Assembly (NCBI GenBank): GCA_977020255.1
Contig: CDROCS010000706.1
Coordinates: 744,001 to 808,000, forward strand
Direction: 5' to 3'
Source: Obrimoposthia wandeli
Lineage: Eukaryota
Length of the DNA: 64,000 nucleotides
The notes beneath the pieces are model-generated. The model made no database searches and was not told the DNA's origin. It saw nothing but the letters and a program-made list of their open reading frames with translations. Below are positions 11,219 through 22,087 of the stretch, piece by piece; the stretch's first letter is position 1; the number at the start of each line of letters is the position of its first letter. The position numbers and the translations under genes are program-made.

Positions 11219-14200
11219 TTCTAATTTGGATATAAAAAGTTCGATTTTTAATCATTTTATGTTTATGGATTTTAGAATACATGTTTCGTGTATATTTCAG
11301 AATAATGTAAATTAAGATGCAAAGTTGAATCTTAGATCAAGGATTTTAGTTGACAAATGAATTTACTGTGTAATTTTTCTGAATAATGTAAATTTCGAAT
11401 TGGAAAGTTCGATTTTCAGTCAATTTATAGATTAGAAGATACATTTACTAAGGATTTTCAGAATAATGCAAATTATAATGCAAATAATTGATCATTTTTC
11501 AATGAATTTACCCATATTTCTATAAATTTTCTTTGATTTTAGTTTAAGGACAAAATTACCTTCAGAATAATAAGTTGTATTTACTGACGATTCTTATGTG
11601 CCAGCGCGTCAATAAAGTTTTCATGGTTTCTTANNNNNNNNNNNNNNNNNNNNNNNNNNNNNNNNNNNNNNNNNNNNNNNNNNNNNNNNNNNNNNNNNNN
11701 NNNNNNNNNNNNNNNNNNNNNNNNNNNNNNNNNNNNNNNNNNNNNNNNNNNNNNNNNNNNNNNNNNNNNNNNNNNNNNNNNNNNNNNNNNNNNNNNNNNN
11801 NNNNNNNNNNNNNNNNNNNNNNTTGTTTCTTTAAGTTTTCCTTAATACCTATTGACTTATAAGCAGCTATTTTCAACTATAAAATCAATAATTGGGAATA
11901 TGCCCACTAATCGTTATTACTCAATATCTAACCTAAACCTCTAACTTCTAATACTCTAGTTCTAATATTCTAATTCTAACACTAACATCATTTTCCAAAA
12001 TATATGCGAAAAATTTATAAGAAGATGGTAAAAGTTTGAATAATATCTCTGATTTTGTAAAAATTGTCTTCGTTATGACCGAAATATGAGTAAAATACTT
12101 ATGATTAATTTTTGGTATAACTCGCTTGAAGCACTATAAAGCTGAAATTCAATATGATCGCTTATATCATAATCTTAAATGACCGGAATTTTGATAAAAT
12201 ACGATTTCACTACAGTTTTAGAACAGTAGTCTTATTTCCGTTCTAAACCACCTAAATATCTTCTAACTCACATTAAATTTCCTTTCAAAGTAAAATATAT
12301 CCTATATTTTTTCTTCTGAATCCTACTAACCTTATATACATCGCTTTTATTTTCATTCAATCTAGCTATCTAGGCTATATTTACCAAAACCTCCTAAACA
12401 TCCCTTCTAAACCCTTCAAAGCTTTAATCTGAACCATCTAAACATCATCGTTAAATTTCCCTCTAAATTCATCTAATTTCTTCTTCTGAAACCTCTTGAA
12501 CTCCCTGTTAAATCTCCCTCTAAATTCCTTTAATTTCTTCTGAAACCTCCCCATATAAATTCTCCTCTGAACCAATTTAAGTTATATTTCCTCTTCTGAA
12601 ACCTCTTGAAATATCCGTTAAATCCTCCTTTTATCTCCTTTAAGGTTATATTTTCTTTGGAACCCTTTAATTTCCCCTATGAACCAATTTTAATTTCTTT
12701 TTTCTGAAACTTCCTAAATACTCCTTTTAAATACTTCTCTAAACGCCTTTTAAGGCTATATTTTCTGATACCTCCTAAACATTCATGCTAAATCTTTTCA
12801 AATCTATAATATATCTTCTGAAACCTCTTGAACACTTTTTCAATTTGTCTTTTATAACCATTCTATGCATTAATATTTCTTCTTTAACCTTCTAAATACG
12901 TCGTAAATTTCCTCTTCTATGTAATAAATTATTTTATAAACTTCCTAAATTCCATTCCTAAATCACTTCATAATCCAATCTAGGCTATATTTTTGAGACC
13001 TCCTAAAAGTATCGTTAATTTCTCCTCTGAACCGCTACTTATCTTTCTATGTATTAATTACTCTTCTAGAGAACCTTTTGAACAAATCATGAGTTTCTCT
13101 TCTAAAACTCTATCCATTATTTTCTATTCTTAAACCTTATAAACACTCATGTCATATCTCATCTAAATGTAACAAATCTCATGCATCTTCTTAATTTATC
13201 TTATAGAACCTTTTATGTATATGATGTCTTTACTAAACCGATTTATTTGAAGTAATAAATCGACTGGTTGTTGATGTTTGAAAATAAGTTTCCATAATAT
13301 TGATAACATCAATAAGCTTGTAGAGTTTTGCAAGAATTTTCTTGTTTGATATATCGATCAATGAAAAATTCTGTTTTGAGAATATAGTTATCAATAGACT
13401 CAAGTAATATGAATAAATTATGACTGAGATAAATACATACTCTAAACATTATTGAATAAATTATATCAATAAATGATACTTGAAAATAATTTTAGGTTTA
13501 AATGAATCGAAAGAGAGAATATAATTTAATCCATTTCTAGTCCTGATGTAATAATTTCTAAACAAAATGTTCCAATATAGTATCGATAATTTAATTAATT
13601 ATTTATTACATAGATTAATTTCCTTAAATAAGCTAATCTTCAAACAATATTCTTTGAAACTAATCATTTTTAGTAACAAAACTTTTACAGATTCTTTTAC
13701 AAAAAAACATTTTTAAAAGAAAGTAGAGAACATTTTAGATTAAATGAATTATTTTGAAATTTAATAAAATTCTTAGTTAAAGATGCAGATTAATAATATA
13801 CTCTTGATCGTAAATTGACTAATTGATCAAAGTAATCTCTCTAATTATCCGTATAATTGTCCGTAATAAACTCTCACTTATTGATCATTATATACTCTCT
13901 TCAAATTATATTTTTATTACACGGAGGAATCCTTTAAATATGTTGAAGAGAAATGCAATTAGTGCATCTACCATATAAGAAACCATGAAAACTTTATTGA
14001 CGCGCTGGCACATAAGAATCGTCAGTAAATACAACTTATTATTCTGAAGGTAATTTTGTCCTTAAACTAAAATCAAAGAAAATTTATAGAAATATGGGTA
14101 AATTCATTGAAAAATGATCAATTATTTGCATTATAATTTGCATTATTCTGAAAATCCTTAGTAAATGTATCTTCTAATCTATAAATTGACTGAAAATCGA

Positions 14201-14391
14201 ACTTTCCAATTCGAAATTTACATTATTCAGAAAAATTACACAGTAAATTCATTTGTCAACTAAAATCCTTGATCTAAGATTCAACTTTGCATCTTAATTT
14301 ACATTATTCTGAAATATACACGAAACATGTATTCTAAAATCCATAAACATAAAATGATTAAAAATCGAACTTTTTATATCCAAATTAGAAT

Positions 14392-14861
14392 TTTTTTCTA
14401 AAGTGTCATAATGTATACGTGCAAGCTACACTGTTGTCTGCAATGATTTCAGATGGATTATTAGACACATCAAAATTTTCTATAAACCATCCTTTAGCCA
14501 ATACTGCGATAGGCAAGTTTAAGGATGAGAGTAAGCAATGTAGATATATAAGCAATGGGTATTTTTACGCTCCAAATCATATAGCTTAGAAACTATAGAC
14601 GGAAAGTCCCAGATGAGAGCAAAGGGAATTAGCCTTAAGCAGACTGTGCTACACCATGCGAATTATTTAGCTGCATATGATAGTGGGGTTAGTGAACGAG
14701 TGCAACAACAACGCATTAGTTCAATTAATCATCAGTTCTATACCGTAAATATGAGTAAGATCGCATTGAGTAGCAATGACGATGAGAGAAAATGGGTAGA
14801 GAAAAACCGGTCAGTTGTCTACGGACATCATAGATATCCAGATGATTTTTCACTTGAATAA
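14392..14861 (+). pseudogene. polB: pPolB C-terminal fragment (right arm) with 2-nt frameshift
   Basis: Near-identical reverse complement of 10750-11218, with AGATATATAAGC instead of AGATATAAGC near 14545. Confidence 0.85.
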
Positions 14862-15486
14862 TTGTTTTTTGTATGTTTGAATTTGTATGTCACAAATTTA
14901 TTGTACCTAATTTTCTCTTTGGTTTAATAAATATTTGTACCCAATTCGTCTTTTTCTAAGTTTAAAATTCTAAAGTATAAAAGTTCTGTGTAAAATTATT
15001 TTTTTAAACTATAAAAGTTGTTGTAAAAAATTATGTTGGAAATTTTAAATTTGGCGCAAAAAAAATTGCGTCTTATTCAAATAATTTATTTTTTGTAATG
15101 TTTTTTCGTGCCTGTAGATCAAGAATGAAGCCCGCCCCAAAGGGGCGTGCGGTGTATGTTAGGGTTTTGGGTATGACACGGGTCGTTTACATGTATAGTT
15201 GTGAGGTAAAGTGATACTGTAGCGCATGTTTTTGTAGTTATTTTCACGAGAATGGAGCCCGCCCCAAAGGGGCGGACGGTGGGTGGAGTGTTTCGGTGGT
15301 GTTGTTTGTGGTGTTTCGGTGGTGTGGCGTGGTGTGGTATGGTGTGGTGTGGAGTNNNNNNNNNNNNNNNNNNNNNNNNNNNNNNNNNNNNNNNNNNNNN
15401 NNNNNNNNNNNNNNNNNNNNNNNNNNNNNNNNNNNNNNNNNNNNNNNNNNNNNNNNNNNNNNNNNNNNNNNNNNNNNNNNNNNNNN

Positions 15487-15651
15487 GTACATCGCAGGGC
15501 TAGTCTGTGACCTATATGAGAGCGAGATATCTGTACATCGCAGGACTAGTCTGTGACCTATATGAGAGCGAGATATCCATACATTGCAGGACTAGTCTGT
15601 GACCTATATGAGAGCGAGATATCCGTACATCGCAGGACTAGTCTGTGACCA
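15487..15651 (-). repeat. 46-bp tandem repeat, inverted copy
   Basis: Reverse complement of the 9406-9636 unit. Confidence 0.95.
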
Positions 15652-16873
15652 ATGTCAGTCCCGAGCCCTTCGCACCGACAGGCGCGAAAAATTTGTAGGG
15701 GGGGGGGGTTAACCCCCCATCCTGTCCTTTAAAACCGTGCATGTGTGTGGATGTAATGTCGAAGCTGTATACAAAATTTAAATTAGCCAATCAGCAATGG
15801 TTCAGTCTGTATCTTCTATCTCTAGGGAGCTGTCAAAGTACGTTATAGTCTTTTCCGAAAGATCCCTTTAAATCTAAAGGTGCTTTTGACTATAGATGGT
15901 TCCATTGCTACCATTGAATGAAGTTTTAGCAGTCTTTGGCTTATGTGTGTTGTAGTTTACATAGATATATTTAAAACAGCATTTTAATTATATATTAAAC
16001 GAATCTTTTTAAAAAGGCATTGATGGGTGGCATGTTTAATTTTCTTTGTGCATTCTGTTGGTTAATTATAATTCGGATGGTTTACTTTCATTTCATTGTA
16101 TCATAGTTCAAACAAATATTTGCTACATTTTGACTATGTGCGTTTTATAAACCAATTGCATACTTTTTAAATAAATGTTTGATAAAATCAGTAACTGACA
16201 ATTGAAAGTGCGTAATACTCATTCAGAAACTCCACATAACATCATACATATTTAAGAAATCAACCCATTACACGCAAAAATGAAAAATTCCTATTTCAAA
16301 TACACATAAATCAGCCATTTATAAATGAGAAAGAAAATTTTAAAGATGCCATACTCATTTAATCTAATCGATTGTAATTTAACATTTTCCAAATCTGACT
16401 CGTCGTCGTTGTGATTATTTTCTTTTGTAGCTTGAAGTAAAGTCAAAATGCTTTTTTCAATAAATTTTTCCAACACAATCTAACCATAGTTTCGAATTGA
16501 ATGAATTTGTTCTTTGTTGTATATCTTTGGATTCTCTACTATGAACACAATTAAAAGCAATTCAGATCACAGCTTCAAACTCTGAAGATGACCTTTAAGT
16601 ACGCTTGTCATTCATTCCAGCTAGATTAGGGAATTTATCCCTAGACAAATTCAAGCTATATTCAGAATTTCCTATCCTAATTTTTCATTCTCATATCAGT
16701 TTTTCATGGGGTAAAAATATTTAATAAAAACACTGAAATATTGCCTGAAACATTGTTGCCAGAAACTGTAAAGAGCATTCCCTCGGCGACCAATGAGGAG
16801 CACCAACGGGAGAGTGTTCGTGACAGCGAGTGTGTATATCAGGAGCTGTTTTTGGGGTCTACTGCAGCCAAAG

Positions 16874-17185
16874 ATGAACACTGTTATGTTTCTGCTGCTG
16901 ATTCTAGCAGCTGTATCGGCTGCTAGTTCCGAGGTCTTTTGGCGGTTTTTTCTGCCCATCCCACCAGCATGGGACCCGGTCACAACTGCATCAGCCTCAC
17001 TAACCGCCTCATCCAAGATTTCCTGTGCCTTCATGTGCTTCGAGAATGTCTGCTGCTCTAGCTTCTTCTATGACTCCGACCGAAAACTGTGCTCCTTCTT
17101 CTGTGATGCCATCCAGGACTTGATCTGCGGTAGTGACTCCCGTATTATCCACGTCCTCTCCACCGCGCTATCCAGATCTCTGCAG
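16874..17185 (+). CDS. First exon of a secreted protein: signal peptide plus PAN/Apple-like Cys domain
   Basis: MNTVMFLLLILAAVSAAS signal peptide; SKISCAFMCFENVCCSSFFYDSDRKLCSF matches the PAN-type C-x3-C...C-x-SF-x-Y...C pattern. Locally GC-rich. Ends CAG|GT in phase 0. Confidence 0.6.
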
Positions 17186-19204
17186 GTCTGGCAGTGTGGT
17201 TATACATTAAAAACTTTTGAAGAACTTGGCAGTAATTCTAGTCGGGTCGCAAATTGCTGGCGAAATTATAACTAAATTTACTAAGAATATTAAAAAAATA
17301 GATGATGTAAAACATAAGAAATCTGAAAGGAACAATATCTATCTATATAACATACATTCAAACTGACATGAAAATACAACACAAAAATTAATCGAAAACT
17401 CCAATATAGAGATATGTAGATAGTGTGTGAAAAATTACAAAGCATACATTCAAGCTCACGAAAAACAGTGCAGTACCATTTGTATTGATAAAATACTTCA
17501 TCAATAAAATCAAATATATATAATTAAAACTACATTAATAATATTTTAAAACATCTACAAAATTAAATTGATTTTAAATTATTGTATTAAACGTCGAAGT
17601 GTTCTGATGGTAAGAATAAGTAAGTTAATGGGATAAAAATATTTTATTTCATAAATTTGGTCGAAAAAATTGTAACTGATGATGGTTTTTATATTCAATT
17701 TTGTCTCAGATTGCGGGTTTTTAAATACAATGTAACATGTCTTCACAAGTTATTGCGGCTTTCAAAATTATTTTTGTCCGGCTGCGTTCGATGGATCAGC
17801 TGATGTCGGGGAATGACTAGAAGAAGTGGAGCTGAATACAGATTTCATCGGATTAAAAAACATAGTCCAGGTCCTCTCGTTGAGAATGTTAGGAATGGCA
17901 CCGCAGGTTTACCGGACAGTGGATACCAACGAAAAGAAGGGGGAAATATCAAGAAACTTATTGAATATAAAGTTATGAGTCATGCAAAGAATTCAAAGCT
18001 AGATGTTGGATGCCTTCAGAAACAGTCGAAGCATTTCAGACTCCTCTCAAACATCTTGATTGGGCAACAGGAATCTCACAGTATTACCCAGATCAGCGGA
18101 AAATGATTATTATTACCGAAAACTCGCGTAGCCCGCTACCGAGAGTGCACATGAGCAAACAGCGAGGGAGTTCAAACAGAACCAATAAAAACATCAAATA
18201 TAACGCCTGTTTAGTTATGTTGTAAGCTTTGAAAATTGTTTCTCAATCTATCAATAAAAATATAATTCTAATTAGATCTTTTAGAATTTCTGTCAAATAA
18301 TTTATTACAAACATGTATCAAAAATATATCTAAAACATGGAATCTACATCCTTCATAACTAATGTAAGGGTTCTGTCTTTTAAATTGTGTCGCCACTTTA
18401 GTTAAATTACCCGTATTAGTCGATGTAGTGTCACATATTTCAACTTCAATTTTATTTAAAAATTATATTTTTTAACAATTTTCATTATTGCTTTTATCGT
18501 TCGGTAATGTTTTTAATCCTATTAGTTTTTAAAACATTTTCCAGTTAAGCATACTGCAAGTATCTCTAAGTGTATTTCATCGTAACCTTTCATTATATTA
18601 CTTTCAAATTGTAGACATAAATAACTATTGTAATTATTATTTTTTTTCAATTCATTTAACTTTTTTTTAGTTTTTTAAAATTCTATAAACAGCTTTTTGT
18701 TAACCACTAACTGATGGTGTTGATAATTCAGCTCTCCTAATAAAGTTTATTGTAGACATGAATATTCATTGTGGCTGTGGGGTGGTTACTCTGTTAGTTT
18801 AGTTACTATAAATCGTTTTTTAGATTACATTTTCTGCTTCCTTTTGTAATTTTATTTTTTGTGCTGGTACATGTTTTAATTAATTGTAATTAATATTTTT
18901 TTCAATTCATTTAACTTTTTTTTAGTTTTTTTAAATTCTATAAACAGCTTTTCGTTAACCACTAACTGATGGTGTTGATAATTCAGCTCTCCTAATAAAG
19001 TTAGAGCTTTTCAAGTTGATAAACCTGTAGAAATTATACCCTTGGCAATTGATGTACATGTTATCTTATCGATTTATTGGACTGGTGGTAAATAATCATG
19101 TTGTGTGCCATCTCTATTTAATTAATTTTCATCTGATGATTCATATTCAAACGAGGATAATAAGAAACCAATAAGTACAGAATTATTACAGAATTTACTA
19201 TGAC

Positions 19205-19725
19205 TTTTTTCATTCAGCAAACGGTCAAATATTGAGGCAGTTTCGTACTATACGAGATTATATCCAAATAACTCTCAAAGATAGAATATACAATAATTGG
19301 GTGGATGTTCTACCAGAATGTATGCTTAATTCTACATATCAAAAGTCAATTGGTACAACTCCAGCAGAAGTTGTATTTGGAAAAAGATTTTTAAAAGAAT
19401 GTATACCGAAAATACGTGATGAAGGCCAAGATATAATCAATGATACGAAAAGAATATTTAAAGTTGGAGATATCGTTTTAGTCAAAATATATGTGAGACT
19501 GAAAGATGATGATAGATACGACGGACCAAGAACTGTAGTTAAACAAAAACATGAAAGAAATTTTGAAAAAATTGTGATAAAAAATAAGAAACGGTAAAAA
19601 ATATCGTTATTTCAACTCGAAGGTGGTAGGCAAGAAGTGATGTGACTGAGTGAATCAAAGCTACGAGACAAAAAGTTTGAGCCATAAAAAACACAAAGAG
19701 AACGAGACATAAAAAGGGGATAGAA
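19205..19725 (+). mobile_element. Ty3/Gypsy relic: integrase C-terminus and polypurine tract
   Basis: NGQ..RQFRTIRD...W.DVLP...LNSTYQKSIGTTPAEVVFG...FKVGDIVLVK...RYDGP (GPY/F-like). AAAAAGGGGA at 19711-19720. Confidence 0.75.
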
Positions 19726-19734
19726 ACACACAAT

Positions 19735-21903
19735 TTATGTCACTGCTTGATGCATAGTTAGCGACAGCAGCACTCCATAGTCCTCTGTTCTTCTGGCATT
19801 GGTAGCTCTCGATCTTGTTGGCGCATCAGCTGGATTGTGCTCGGTTCGCACAAATTGCACCTTGATCCTTTTTAAAGTAGCCATCATCTGTACAGCTATT
19901 AGAGTCCACCAGTGTTGGACTTTGGCAGGTATTCTCCTATTTCGAATACTCCAAACTAGCGCTAGGTTATCGCATAGGATAATGTCTCCCGTAGTCGCTT
20001 TCCACATAGCTAATAACACTGCTCGTGCTTCTTGCAAATATATATTTTCCTCTTTCAATTTTGCAGTAAGTTCAATCTGAAAAGGTTGCGTCTTGGTTAC
20101 TGCTACTGTAGATTTGGTAGCATCTGTTGCCCAAACTTGTCCTGCTGTCTTTTTCCACTTCCATGTGGCAGCATACTTTTTAAGATTGTAATAACAAATC
20201 TTTCTTAAGTCGGACTTCATATAATTTGCCACATATGGCCACTTGAGCACATTACTTACGTAATTTAGATATCCAATTGCGTCATCAGTGAACTCTTCTT
20301 TTTCTATGATGTCATCTGCAGTGTGCCACTTCTGCTTGCTAATGCTGACCTCCTGTCTTTTGAGATCAATGATCATGCCACAATACTCGATTTTTGCAAT
20401 AGGCTTCAATTGTGATTTCTTCCAGTTAATTTGAAGACCCCATGTCCTGAAAAAGTTAGAGATTTCACTCCACACAGGGGCATTTGGCTTTGCCACGATG
20501 AGAATATCATCAATGTGGACATGTGCCAAGTCAACTATCCATCTATCTTTTAATTGTTGCAAGATTCTCGAGATTGTCCATTGTAGAATGGCTGGGCTTT
20601 GTCGAAGGCCCATTGGAAGACGCGTAAAGCGGTAATACTGATTGTCGTTCCAAAAGTTGGTGAGATGCCTTGCTGCTTGTCTAATTTTTACCTGATAGAA
20701 GGCTCCTTTGAGGTCAATTCTAATGGCCAATCTATCATTAGGCAGAAGCTGTAATTTGTTGGCCAAATTTGGAATTCTCATGTGCAACTGCGGCAAGTGT
20801 GGCGTCAAATGCTTGAAGTCCACAATTAATCTTCTGAGACTAGAATTTGCTTTGGGCACCATTCTCACTTGGGAGCAAAATGGTCCTTTAGTAGACTTTT
20901 CTATGATTCCTGCTTTAAATAGAGCGTGAACACATGCATTGATGTGTTGCTTCTCTTCTGTTGGCACATTATATCTCTTTCTTTGTCTGGAGGCCTTGAT
21001 TGAGGCGAAGGGCGCATAACCCTTGGTAGCCATCATACTCATTCTTCCATCGAGATCTACATCACTATAGTCATCCGGCATCTGAAGGGTCTGAGAAGGC
21101 ATACTATCATAATACTCCTGTTGGAGTTTCTCTTGAGCCATTTTAACTTTGCGGGTTTCATGAAAAGTGATCCAACCACTTGAGTCATTGTTCATGACTT
21201 TTCTGGCTTCAGTTGCTCTTCCTTCTTCTAAAATATTTCTATTACCAGCTTGTGGTAGCGTATTGCCATTGGAATTGAAGTAATCATCTATAACATCTCG
21301 AGTTAGGACTGGTAAAGGTTGTCTATTAAAGACATCGGCCGACATAATACTGACTAACATATAGTCGCGCCACCAGTGAACGTAAAACGGATCACTGTGG
21401 GAGGCTAGCGCCTCGAGTAAACGGCGGGCGTCCAAGGCCTCTGCGCGAGTAGTTACCTCTACCACGTGGGAAAGGTCGAGACTTGGCAGCTGCTGCTGCT
21501 TTCCTGGCTTGATAGCGAGAGATCTCTTCTGGGGTGATATCTGTGATACGAGCAAGGTTTGACGCTTTGGCCTCCGTTGCTGCCCATCCAATGGTGACTG
21601 AGCTAAATAACATTGCTGCTCGCTCGGCGAGGTGCTCCTCGATGGTGAAGTAGTCGTGGAGTTTGAGCAAATCGTGGACACGCAGCAGAGATTCGAACTC
21701 ATGCCACGATCTTCTGTCCTTGTCAAGGAGGAGCTTGCTAAGCTCTGCTCTGCTATCTCCTTCCAAGAGCTCTTGTTTCCGCTGCTGCGGTGTTTCTGCG
21801 CGTGGCAGGTCGTATTGACGTGGTGGCACACTGGCCTTGGCTCTCTGTTCGGTTTCGATCCTGTCAAGTCTTTGCATGATGTCTCGTAACGTAGGTTCGG
21901 CAT
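19735..21903 (-). CDS. Reverse transcriptase-RNase H polyprotein (alternative start ATG 21360)
   Basis: RT: ALFKAGIIEKS...VPK...RLIVDF, IDLKGAFYQV, RLPMGLRQSP, HIDDILI, IEYCGMIID. RNase H: ATDAT, NIYLQEARA, LCDN, HNPADAPTR. Confidence 0.9.
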   Translation of the reverse strand: MPNLRYETSCKDLTGSKPNREPRPVCHHVNTTCHAQKHRSSGNKSSWKEIAEQSLASSSLTRTEDRGMSSNLCCVSTICSNSTTTSPSRSTSPSEQQCYLAQSPLDGQQRRPKRQTLLVSQISPQKRSLAIKPGKQQQLPSLDLSHVVEVTTRAEALDARRLLEALASHSDPFYVHWWRDYMLVSIMSADVFNRQPLPVLTRDVIDDYFNSNGNTLPQAGNRNILEEGRATEARKVMNNDSSGWITFHETRKVKMAQEKLQQEYYDSMPSQTLQMPDDYSDVDLDGRMSMMATKGYAPFASIKASRQRKRYNVPTEEKQHINACVHALFKAGIIEKSTKGPFCSQVRMVPKANSSLRRLIVDFKHLTPHLPQLHMRIPNLANKLQLLPNDRLAIRIDLKGAFYQVKIRQAARHLTNFWNDNQYYRFTRLPMGLRQSPAILQWTISRILQQLKDRWIVDLAHVHIDDILIVAKPNAPVWSEISNFFRTWGLQINWKKSQLKPIAKIEYCGMIIDLKRQEVSISKQKWHTADDIIEKEEFTDDAIGYLNYVSNVLKWPYVANYMKSDLRKICYYNLKKYAATWKWKKTAGQVWATDATKSTVAVTKTQPFQIELTAKLKEENIYLQEARAVLLAMWKATTGDIILCDNLALVWSIRNRRIPAKVQHWWTLIAVQMMATLKRIKVQFVRTEHNPADAPTRSRATNARRTEDYGVLLSLTMHQAVT

Positions 21904-22087
21904 CTTCTGGCATATGGGATTGTTGCACTGAATTTTCGTAATCCACCGACTTTGATCTCAGGTTATAACGTTCCGTCTTCTCGAATTGCAATTCTTCTTC
22001 ACTAAAATACTCAGGGTCGTCAGTTATTTCGGACCACGACAGAGGTTTCTGTGCTGATTTATATGATGAGTATAGGTCTGTGAACAA
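21392..22087 (-). CDS. Core/gag-like protein with Arg/Gly-rich basic C-terminal tail
   Basis: Helical body with GWAA motif and tail SRPFPRGRGNYSRRGLGRPPFTRG. First ATG at 21913, but the frame is open upstream to about 22206. Confidence 0.65.
   Translation of the reverse strand: MFTDLYSSYKSAQKPLSWSEITDDPEYFSEEELQFEKTERYNLRSKSVDYENSVQQSHMPEDAEPTLRDIMQRLDRIETEQRAKASVPPRQYDLPRAETPQQRKQELLEGDSRAELSKLLLDKDRRSWHEFESLLRVHDLLKLHDYFTIEEHLAERAAMLFSSVTIGWAATEAKASNLARITDITPEEISRYQARKAAAAAKSRPFPRGRGNYSRRGLGRPPFTRGASLPQ

Larger units (their letters stand above)
9199..15751. mobile_element. Polinton-derived element B: large inverted duplication (arms about 9308-11633 and 13976-15751) of a TIR plus pPolB 3' end
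   Basis: 11575-11633 is the reverse complement of about 13976-14035, and 9308-9410 of about 15645-15751. Both arms carry 46-bp repeats, (CACCA)n and the pPolB C-terminus. Terminus-like AGTAGGTGGATGTGT at 9199. Confidence 0.8.

Noticed and set aside
17813-18225. Short ORFs possibly from the same Gypsy element
   Set aside because: No convincing RT, RNase H or integrase motif.
19600-19810. Tyrosine recombinase ORF expected after the RNase H if the element were DIRS
   Set aside because: Overlapping minus frames close within a few codons, and the downstream sequence is the Gypsy relic on the other strand.
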